The notes beneath the pieces were generated by a model. That model was not told the DNA's origin, searched no databases, and worked only from the letters and a program-made list of their open reading frames with translations. 64,000 nucleotides of DNA from a virus, in IMG/VR virus record IMGVR_UViG_3300001450_000023, positions 15,790-79,789 of that record; one strand, 5' to 3'. Below are positions 1-7,120 of the stretch, piece after piece. Every line of letters begins with the position of its first letter. The first letter of the stretch is position 1. The translations under genes were made by a program, and so were the position numbers.

Positions 1-14
1 TTCCTGTATTTGCA

Positions 15-488
15 ATGTTTAAAAGTTCAGGTAGTTTATTCTTGGAAGGTAAAGAAATTATTTATCATCATTTATATGCAGATAACAGAGAACCTCTTAA
101 AAAGTCTTACAATATTATGTATAGTACTTTTTGTTATGGTATGAAAGCTAAATCATATAGAAATAAAGATGGTATAATTTTAATTAGAAAAGGTCTTGTT
201 ACAGATGAAAATTTTAATATTAAGATGGTTTTATGTTTTAAAGATTTTAAAAACATAGACAAGAATAATGTAACTATTAAAGACTTTATCTTAATTGTTA
301 ACAAACAGTATTTTAATTCTTTATTGTTTAAAAATTTTAATAAAAAAAACTGTTTTGAAGATATAGATATGTTGTTAACAGATAATGTAGAGGAGTATTG
401 TTTTAAATCTCCTAAAATTATTCCTAAATTTAAAGATATTGCTATAATGCAAGAATATTTAAATGATGTAAATAAATTATTATTATGA
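15..488 (+). CDS. hypothetical protein
   Basis: 157-aa ORF, ATGA overlap with next gene. Confidence 0.75.
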   Translation: MFKSSGSLFLEGKEIIYHHLYADNREPLKKSYNIMYSTFCYGMKAKSYRNKDGIILIRKGLVTDENFNIKMVLCFKDFKNIDKNNVTIKDFILIVNKQYFNSLLFKNFNKKNCFEDIDMLLTDNVEEYCFKSPKIIPKFKDIAIMQEYLNDVNKLLL

Positions 489-901
489 CAGAAAAGAAAA
501 AGAAGAAGAATTTAGGAAAGATTAACAGAAGAAAAGGGCATAATGCTGAAAGGCATTATGCTAATTGGTTTAAACAGTTAGGTTATAAATTATGCCAAAC
601 TTCTAGATATGGAAGTAGGTTATATGATGATTGTGGAATAGATTTAATAAATATTCCATTTCTAGTACAAGTGAAAGCAGGTAAGCAAAAAAATTTAAAT
701 ATTATATCTGAATTAAAGAATATAAAAGAAAAAGTTGCAGAAAACTTTCCAAAAGAATCTAGAGAACAAGAATTACCTAAAATGTTAATCCACAGAAAGG
801 ATGTAGGCAGAGGTAGGAAGAGAACTTCTTATGATGACATTATTACAATGACTGCTGAAGATTTTAAAATATTAATTAAATTAATTTCCAATGATAGTTA
901 G
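485..901 (+). CDS. Holliday junction resolvase (Hjc-like PD-(D/E)XK)
   Basis: NRRKGHNAER...GIDL...LVQVKAG, typical of Hjc-type phage resolvases. Confidence 0.75.
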   Translation: MTEKKKKKNLGKINRRKGHNAERHYANWFKQLGYKLCQTSRYGSRLYDDCGIDLINIPFLVQVKAGKQKNLNIISELKNIKEKVAENFPKESREQELPKMLIHRKDVGRGRKRTSYDDIITMTAEDFKILIKLISNDS

Positions 902-1985
902 AACTTCAAGAAAAATAGAAATGGATTACAGGCTTGATGAGGCTGTATCTCAGTCTAAGTTAAAATATCTTTTAAGAGGTGTTTCAATATATAATACTGT
1001 TGAAGAAGATGATTCTGATGAATACTATTCTGAGAAAGCACATTTTATTATAGGATCTGCAGTAGATACTTTGATAACTATGGGTGAAGATACATTCAAA
1101 AAAGAATATTATATTTCTCAACTTGAAAAAAAGCCAGGTAAAACAATAATGTCAATTATTGTAGAAACATTTGATTTTCAGATGGCAGCTTCTCATGGTA
1201 ATTTAGATTATGAATCTTTTACTTCTGACAGAGTAAAAAGATCTATCATGATGGCTGTAAATAATCATCAATGGCAAAAAAGATGGAATGATGATACTAG
1301 GTATAATAAAATTATATCTTTAGGGCAAGAATATTGGGATTCTCTAATAGATGCACAGGGTAAAAAAGTTTTAAGCAATGAACAGTATATAACTGTTATT
1401 CATGTGTACCAGTCATTAATGGCTAGTCCATTTACTGCTCACTATTTTGAAGATGCAGAACATTTAGAGTTGTATTTCCAGTTACCAGTATATTTTCAAT
1501 ATAATGGTGTAAGCTGTAAAGGTTTATTAGATCTTGTTATTGTAGATCATGCTAAGGGGAAGATATATCCTATAGATATTAAAACTATGGGAGATTATAC
1601 TATTAGATTCCCTTATTCTTTTTATAAAAGAAGGTATGATTTTCAAGCAGCATTTTATACACAAGGATTGATGAATTCTAATTTCAACAAATGGTGTTAT
1701 GACATTGAAAACTTTAAGTTTATAGTAGAATCTACTATAAATCCAGGCACTCCTTTAGTGTTTACTTGTACTCATGAATTACTTCTGAAGAAAGGTAAAT
1801 TTGGAATTCCTGATAAAAGAGTTGGAGATGTTGTAATAAGAGGTTGTAGAGGATTTCATCAAGCTATTGAAATATACAAGTGGCATTTGAAAAATGGTTT
1901 TGAATTAGATAGAATAGTTTCTATTAATGAAGGTAACTTATTATTGGGCATAGAAGGAATAATAGATGAAAATACAAGTAAATAA
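891..1985 (+). CDS. PD-(D/E)XK exonuclease (RecE/DUF3799-like)
   Basis: SQSKLK, GSAVD, CKGLLD...IDIKT, YDFQAAFY motifs. Confidence 0.8.
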   Translation: MIVRTSRKIEMDYRLDEAVSQSKLKYLLRGVSIYNTVEEDDSDEYYSEKAHFIIGSAVDTLITMGEDTFKKEYYISQLEKKPGKTIMSIIVETFDFQMAASHGNLDYESFTSDRVKRSIMMAVNNHQWQKRWNDDTRYNKIISLGQEYWDSLIDAQGKKVLSNEQYITVIHVYQSLMASPFTAHYFEDAEHLELYFQLPVYFQYNGVSCKGLLDLVIVDHAKGKIYPIDIKTMGDYTIRFPYSFYKRRYDFQAAFYTQGLMNSNFNKWCYDIENFKFIVESTINPGTPLVFTCTHELLLKKGKFGIPDKRVGDVVIRGCRGFHQAIEIYKWHLKNGFELDRIVSINEGNLLLGIEGIIDENTSK

Positions 1986-2535
1986 TATTTATATGAATAA
2001 AACATGGAAATATTTATTTCCCATGTTAAAAGATTACAATGATGATGTGTTAATGGCTTTATTAAATTCATTGCACATCTCAGCAACAGGTATTGGAGAT
2101 TTTCTCATAGAGAAAAATTTAGAACAGCATATTTTTATACTTATAAATCAAAGAAGTAATCCAAGACTATTTAGTAATTTAATTAATTACATAATAGATA
2201 AAGATTTTTTTGAAGATGACTATGTATTTGATAATATAGCAACAGGTTGTTTACATATGGTAATTTTAAAGTTACCTAAAAATGTTGTGCCTACTTTTTT
2301 TGATGGAAGATATTCTCATTTATATACTTATACAGAAAGAAAGAAGTTTTTTAGGAGAGAAGATAAAGCTTATAGTGTTATTAACAAACATTATAACTAT
2401 AAACTTGAATTTATAAATCAACTGAAAGAAGAATTTGGAACTGTATTAGAAATAGATGAGATAGGAAATAGAGAATTAGATTTGCCTCCAAAGAAAGAAG
2501 AAGAAATATTTAATTATAAGAAAGAGCCTGAGTAG
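1966..2535 (+). CDS. hypothetical phage protein
   Basis: 189-aa ORF overlapping the upstream gene and followed by a hairpin. Confidence 0.75.
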   Translation: MKIQVNNIYMNKTWKYLFPMLKDYNDDVLMALLNSLHISATGIGDFLIEKNLEQHIFILINQRSNPRLFSNLINYIIDKDFFEDDYVFDNIATGCLHMVILKLPKNVVPTFFDGRYSHLYTYTERKKFFRREDKAYSVINKHYNYKLEFINQLKEEFGTVLEIDEIGNRELDLPPKKEEEIFNYKKEPE

Positions 2536-2545
2536 GCTCTTTCTT
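2521..2545 (+). terminator. intrinsic terminator
   Basis: AAAGAGCCT-gagt-AGGCTCTTT perfect hairpin at the gene end. Confidence 0.6.
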
Positions 2546-2568
2546 AACAATAATACAAATAAACAATT

Positions 2569-3018
2569 ATGAAAGCTATTAATAAAAGTACATGTTTAAA
2601 ACAAGAAATAAAAATTTCTGTAGATAAATTTGATAATGAAAATAATATTATCAATTCTTCAGAAGATATTTGTGATTATTTTAGAAATATCATTCCTGTA
2701 GATATTAATACACAGGAATGTTTTATTATTATTTATTTAGATAAGAAAAGTGATGTTATAGGTTATAATGTAAATTCAATAGGTGGAATTGATCAATCAA
2801 TTGTTGATGTAAGATTAATTTTTGCTGTTGCATTAAAATGTTTAGCAAGTGCTATAATATGTATTCACAATCATCCATCAGGTAATTTAAAACCTAGTAA
2901 AAGTGATGTTCAAGTAGAAAAACAAATTAAGAAAATTGCTGATTATCATAGCATTTCTTGTCTTGATTTTTTAATTGTAACAGAAAATGGGGATTACTCT
3001 TTTGAAGCAAATAAATAA
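2569..3018 (+). CDS. radC: RadC-like JAB/MPN domain protein
   Basis: E...HNHPSGNLKPSKSD intact JAB motif; LDFLIV tail. Confidence 0.9.
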   Translation: MKAINKSTCLKQEIKISVDKFDNENNIINSSEDICDYFRNIIPVDINTQECFIIIYLDKKSDVIGYNVNSIGGIDQSIVDVRLIFAVALKCLASAIICIHNHPSGNLKPSKSDVQVEKQIKKIADYHSISCLDFLIVTENGDYSFEANK

Positions 3019-3020
3019 TT

Positions 3021-3170
3021 ATGAATAAAAAAGAATGGAAAAGAATTTATAACACTATGGTTGAATGTAAACTGAAAGGTGCTTTTATTTCTCCTAAAGG
3101 ATTAATATATAAGACTCATCAAAAAGATTCAGTTTATTATTCAATCAAACAAATAAAAAACAAATTATGA
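3021..3170 (+). CDS. small hypothetical protein (49 aa, MNKKEWKRIY...)
   Basis: ORF read by eye; fills the gap exactly, ATGA overlap with 3167. Confidence 0.6.
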   Translation: MNKKEWKRIYNTMVECKLKGAFISPKGLIYKTHQKDSVYYSIKQIKNKL

Positions 3171-3499
3171 ATAACCTATTTGGAAAGTATCATTGTTTAA
3201 AAAATAAAATAAATAAAAATACTGGGTATGAAAATTGTTTATACAAACCAACAGTAGAAGAAAGATATTATATATATGGAATAATGAAAAAAAATGGCCA
3301 TCACAATAATATTTGGACTTTGCTAAAAGATGGTGATAAATTAACAGTTACACCAGGTTATAATGTATCTGCTACAAGAGTAGGACATTTTGTAACTTTA
3401 GAAAATAGAAAAAAGATATTAGATGAAAATAATGAATTTGAACTAACAGTTGATGAAAATATGATTTCTTTAATTTCAGATGAAACACTTAATAAATAA
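3167..3499 (+). CDS. hypothetical protein
   Basis: 110-aa ORF in operon. Confidence 0.7.
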   Translation: MNNLFGKYHCLKNKINKNTGYENCLYKPTVEERYYIYGIMKKNGHHNNIWTLLKDGDKLTVTPGYNVSATRVGHFVTLENRKKILDENNEFELTVDENMISLISDETLNK

Positions 3500-3502
3500 G
3501 AT

Positions 3503-3721
3503 ATGGGAAAAATGAAAAAAATATTTATGGAAAAAAGAGAAAAAGAATTAGAAGAAGATTTTCTTAAAGATCAATATAAATCTAATATATTATTTACTAG
3601 TACTGAGCATGATATATTAATAAATTTGATTGATAAAAAAATAAAAGAACTTTATGCATACCCTATGCTTTTATCTGAATTAGAGAATCTTAAAATAAAA
3701 ATAAATTTAAATACAAAATAA
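3503..3721 (+). CDS. hypothetical protein
   Basis: 72-aa ORF in operon. Confidence 0.65.
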   Translation: MGKMKKIFMEKREKELEEDFLKDQYKSNILFTSTEHDILINLIDKKIKELYAYPMLLSELENLKIKINLNTK

Positions 3722-3800
3722 CTTTTTATTATTATTTTATTTACCTATATTAGTAAAAGGTAAATAAAAGTTTTAAATTTTGTATAATAAGTTTTGATTT

Positions 3801-3832
3801 AAAAGGGTAGATTTTATCTACCCTTTTTTTTT
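3801..3832 (+). terminator. intrinsic terminator
   Basis: AAAAGGGTAGAT-ttt-ATCTACCCTTTT plus T run. Confidence 0.8.
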
Positions 3833-3887
3833 ATACTATTTCTAATATAACTGATAATGAAAGTATAATTAATTACTAATTAACTTT

Positions 3888-3913
3888 AAAGGTGCTAATA
3901 GCACCTTTTTTTT
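3888..3913 (+). terminator. intrinsic terminator
   Basis: AAAGGTGCT-aat-AGCACCTTT plus T run. Confidence 0.75.
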
Positions 3914-3925
3914 AAATTAAAAATA

Positions 3926-4102
3926 ATGTCAGGTAAAAAAAAGAAAATATATATATTTACTAAAATAGTAAAGAGATCAAATTCAGAATACACAATATCT
4001 TTACAGAAAAAATTTAAAGATGTTACTGAAGCAATTTCTTATGCTAAAGATAATAATTATACTATCATTGATAATGTAGGTAAGGTTATTAATAAAAATT
4101 GA
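3926..4102 (+). CDS. small hypothetical protein (58 aa, MSGKKKKIYIF...)
   Basis: ORF read by eye, A-rich leader, ends 4 nt before next gene. Confidence 0.6.
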   Translation: MSGKKKKIYIFTKIVKRSNSEYTISLQKKFKDVTEAISYAKDNNYTIIDNVGKVINKN

Positions 4103-4106
4103 GAAT

Positions 4107-4289
4107 ATGGAAAACAATGAAAACAATATAAAAATTGCAGAATCATGGGATGAACTAATTCCTGTATTAAAGAAGTGTTTAAAAGGTAAAAAAGAAAATA
4201 TTTTTGCTGATGCTTTAAATACAATGAATAAAAAAATAGTTCATAAAGCAATAATAGATTTTATGAAAACTGAAAAACTGAAAATATGA
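4107..4289 (+). CDS. small hypothetical protein
   Basis: 60-aa ORF in operon. Confidence 0.6.
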   Translation: MENNENNIKIAESWDELIPVLKKCLKGKKENIFADALNTMNKKIVHKAIIDFMKTEKLKI

Positions 4290-4537
4290 GTAAAGAAGAA
4301 ATAATAACTAAGATATGGGTAAATAATAACTGGAAAAATGTAGACCCAAATAAACCTCCTATTAGTTCTAGAGAACTAGATTCTTTTCTATTTTATAACA
4401 ATGCTCCAAAATGTTTTATGAAAACTAATGGTTATTGGTTTAAAATTAAAAAAGATGCTACTTTAATAAAAGTAGGTAGAGTTTTATATACATTATCATT
4501 ACAAGATTGGTTAAAAATTTCATTAAAAAATGAGTAA
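4286..4537 (+). CDS. hypothetical protein
   Basis: 83-aa ORF, ATGA overlap. Confidence 0.65.
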   Translation: MSKEEIITKIWVNNNWKNVDPNKPPISSRELDSFLFYNNAPKCFMKTNGYWFKIKKDATLIKVGRVLYTLSLQDWLKISLKNE

Positions 4538-4679
4538 AGAAGAAATAATAAAAGGTTTAATGATAAAATTAGCTGATGAAAATATTAATGTCACAGCTTT
4601 AGCTAAAAGAGTTGGTTATAAAAATTATAAAAAATTTGAAAAAGCTTTAGAAAAAGCATTTGAAATTATTGAAAACTGA
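4530..4679 (+). CDS. small HTH-like protein (49 aa)
   Basis: MSKEEIIKGLMIKLADENINVTALAKRVGYKNYKKFEKALEKAFEIIEN; resembles the AraC-type second HTH. Confidence 0.5.
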   Translation: MSKEEIIKGLMIKLADENINVTALAKRVGYKNYKKFEKALEKAFEIIEN

Positions 4680-4691
4680 AAAACTGTAAAT

Positions 4692-5519
4692 ATGAAAACT
4701 GAATTTAATCCAGGTGATACTATCACTTGGGAAATCAAAAAGAAAAGTAAATTAACAAACCTAATCCTATTAGCATTAATAGGATTATTTATTTATTGGT
4801 TTAGTATAGGATTTAAAGATAAAAATTATCCAATACTTGATCCATGTGAAACTGTCTATGAAGAAATACCTCAACTAATTTTTGTTGATAAATCTGATAC
4901 TGTTGTCACTAAAAAATATGACAATATAGGATTACCAACTTTTAGAAAATGGCTTACAAGTAATGAATGGAAAGGTAAGCATTTAAAAGATTCTTGTTCC
5001 AAAATGAAAAAATCATTTTCAAATTGGAAAGAAAATCATAAAAGAAGGTTTTTAAAAGAATGGAAAATTTGTGCTATTGAAGAAAGTAAAGTTTCAGGAA
5101 TTCCTGCTGGCATTATAGTGGCACAAGCAATGCTTGAGTCTAATTGGGGAATCTCTAGATTAGCTATAGAAGCTAATAATTTCTTTGGACACAAATACAA
5201 AAACAAAAGAAGCAATAAATATATAATTGCTGCTGATGATTCTCCTACAGATAAATTCACAGTCTATAAAAGTAGGTGGTGGTGTGTCAGAAAACATTCT
5301 AATATATTAAATGGCAGGTATGCTAAAAGGCTCAAAGGAAAAACACTTGAACATTGGTTAGAGGCCCTTTGTGGGGGAGTTACTGTACAAGAAAGTAAAG
5401 ATTTTGTCAAAAGTGGTGGTAAAGTTTATGCTACTAGTTGTATGACTAAACCTTGCTATGCAGAAAAACTTTTAAAAATAATTCTTGATTATAAATTATA
5501 TAATCAAGAAATTATTTAA
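4692..5519 (+). CDS. membrane-anchored GH73 glucosaminidase/muramidase (FlgJ-like)
   Basis: N-terminal TM helix; IVAQAMLESNWG.S.LA.EANNFFGHK and YAT motifs. Confidence 0.85.
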   Translation: MKTEFNPGDTITWEIKKKSKLTNLILLALIGLFIYWFSIGFKDKNYPILDPCETVYEEIPQLIFVDKSDTVVTKKYDNIGLPTFRKWLTSNEWKGKHLKDSCSKMKKSFSNWKENHKRRFLKEWKICAIEESKVSGIPAGIIVAQAMLESNWGISRLAIEANNFFGHKYKNKRSNKYIIAADDSPTDKFTVYKSRWWCVRKHSNILNGRYAKRLKGKTLEHWLEALCGGVTVQESKDFVKSGGKVYATSCMTKPCYAEKLLKIILDYKLYNQEII

Positions 5520-5547
5520 ATTTAAGCTGTAAAAATAAAACACTTTA

Positions 5548-5555
5548 TATATTTG
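5548..5555 (+). promoter_or_regulatory. Bacteroidota -7 promoter element (TAnnTTTG)
   Basis: TATATTTG 14 nt upstream of the 5570 ATG. Confidence 0.5.
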
Positions 5556-5569
5556 AAAAAAATCTAATT

Positions 5570-6400
5570 ATGAAACAGACAAAAACTTACCATGAAATCA
5601 CTCAAAAATTGAGAGATTTTTTTTTATCTAAAGGATTCATTGAAGTGCCTTCTCAAAGTAGAAAATCTATATTAGCTGCTTGTGAGAACCCACATTCTGT
5701 AGCAACATTTAAGTATGATAACTTAGTATGGCCTTTGCCACAAACTGGTCAAATGTGGTTGGAATATGAATTGTTAAAAAATCCTGATTGGAAAGGATGT
5801 TTCTGTGTATCAACTTCTTATAGAGATGAAAAAGAACCAATTCCTGGTAGACATGAAAAGATTTTTCCAATGTTTGAGTTTGAATCAAAAGGTGATTTTG
5901 AAGCTTTAAAGAAGTTAAACATTGAAATGGCAGAGTATTTAGGATTTGATACACCAGTACAAATTGATTATGATGAAACTTGTGAGAAATATGGTGGTGT
6001 TGAAATTCTTGAAGATGAGCATGAATCAAAAATGTGGAAAGAATTAGGACATTCTATATCACTAGAAACTTTCCCTATTAGAACTTCACCATTTTGGAAT
6101 ATGAAATATATTGGAGATGGTAAGTTTAACAAATGTGACATTATTCTATTTGGACAAGAAACATTTGGAACAGCAGAAAGAAGTTGTGATGCAAAGGAAA
6201 TGAGAGACTTCTTTTATTCTATCATGGAAGGAACTTACTGTGAAAAATTATTTGAACTGTTTGGTAAAGAAAGAGTAGAAGCTGAATTAGAAGAATTTTT
6301 AGCTAATGATTTCTTTCCAAGATTTGGAGGGGGCATTGGTTTAACAAGATTAGGGAGAGCATGGGAAATGCTTTCAGAAATTAAACATGAACTAGTATAA
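5570..6400 (+). CDS. class II aminoacyl-tRNA-synthetase paralog (AsnRS/AspRS catalytic core without anticodon domain; asparagine synthetase A-like)
   Basis: motif 1 LRDFFLSKGFIEV, LPQTGQ, motif 2 SYRDE..PGRH..IFPMFEFE, motif 3 GGGIGLTRL; only 276 aa. Confidence 0.85.
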   Translation: MKQTKTYHEITQKLRDFFLSKGFIEVPSQSRKSILAACENPHSVATFKYDNLVWPLPQTGQMWLEYELLKNPDWKGCFCVSTSYRDEKEPIPGRHEKIFPMFEFESKGDFEALKKLNIEMAEYLGFDTPVQIDYDETCEKYGGVEILEDEHESKMWKELGHSISLETFPIRTSPFWNMKYIGDGKFNKCDIILFGQETFGTAERSCDAKEMRDFFYSIMEGTYCEKLFELFGKERVEAELEEFLANDFFPRFGGGIGLTRLGRAWEMLSEIKHELV

Positions 6401-6411
6401 AAACTTAAATT

Positions 6412-6552
6412 ATGAAAATAAAAAGATTGTTATTGTTTTTATTAATATTAGCAATCTTTTTGTTATTTTCACATAAGATGTTTTTATATTTTATAATTAT
6501 ATACTTAATTATATGGGTTATTATAAATGCCTATAAAACAAACTATAAATAA
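6412..6552 (+). CDS. small membrane protein (46 aa, 2 hydrophobic segments)
   Basis: MKIKRLLLFLLILAIFLLFSHKMFLYFIIIYLIIWVII...; TAATG overlap with dut. Confidence 0.55.
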   Translation: MKIKRLLLFLLILAIFLLFSHKMFLYFIIIYLIIWVIINAYKTNYK

Positions 6553-7055
6553 TGATAATTACAATTAAAAAAGTAATAGACAATATAGAAATACCTAGAT
6601 ATGCAACAGAAGGTTCAGCAGGGTTTGATCTAAAAGCAATGAGAGTTATTGCTTTATATTCAGGAACTAAAAAAATAGATCTTGCTGAGAAAATGAATAA
6701 AACAATAAGTGAAGGCAAAATTACACTTAGACCTAATGAAAGAGCATTATTTGGAACTGGTTTAGCATTTGAAATACCAGAAGGTTTTCAGATGGAAATC
6801 AGAGATAAAAGTGGAATATCACTTAAAAAAGGCTTAAAAGTCTTTAATGCTCCAGGCACTATTGATAGTGATTATAGAGGAGAAGTTGGAATTATTTTAT
6901 ATAATTCTACTCCTTATCTTGCTACAGTCAACTTGGGAGAATATATTGCACAAGCTGTAATAACTCCTTATTTTAAAGTTGATTTTGTAGAAGCTGTTAA
7001 AACTACTGCTACTGAAAGAGGTAGTGGTGGCTATGGCAGTACAGGACTAAAATAA
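6552..7055 (+). CDS. dut: trimeric dUTPase
   Basis: SAGFDL, KSG, GTIDSDYRGE, IAQ, RGSGGYGSTG motifs. Confidence 0.97.
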   Translation: MIITIKKVIDNIEIPRYATEGSAGFDLKAMRVIALYSGTKKIDLAEKMNKTISEGKITLRPNERALFGTGLAFEIPEGFQMEIRDKSGISLKKGLKVFNAPGTIDSDYRGEVGIILYNSTPYLATVNLGEYIAQAVITPYFKVDFVEAVKTTATERGSGGYGSTGLK

Positions 7056-7080
7056 TTTCCGTTTTCATATTGTTTTGATT

Positions 7081-7117
7081 AGGGTAAGTAAGTCTTAACA
7101 GGCTTACTTACTTTTTT
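7081..7117. terminator. terminator between convergent gene blocks
   Basis: GTAAGTAAGTC-ttaaca-GGCTTACTTAC plus T run. Confidence 0.8.
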
Positions 7118-7120
7118 CCA

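Larger units (their letters stand above)
4265..4695 (+). repeat. nested direct repeats at gene junctions
   Basis: 25-mer at 4265-4289 and 4671-4695 (24/25 identical); identical 22-mer at 4286-4307 and 4530-4551. Confidence 0.85.

Noticed and set aside
1859-6718. Minus-strand ORFs 1859, 4057, 5036, 5709, 6521
   Set aside because: Fully overlap confident plus-strand genes; no motifs
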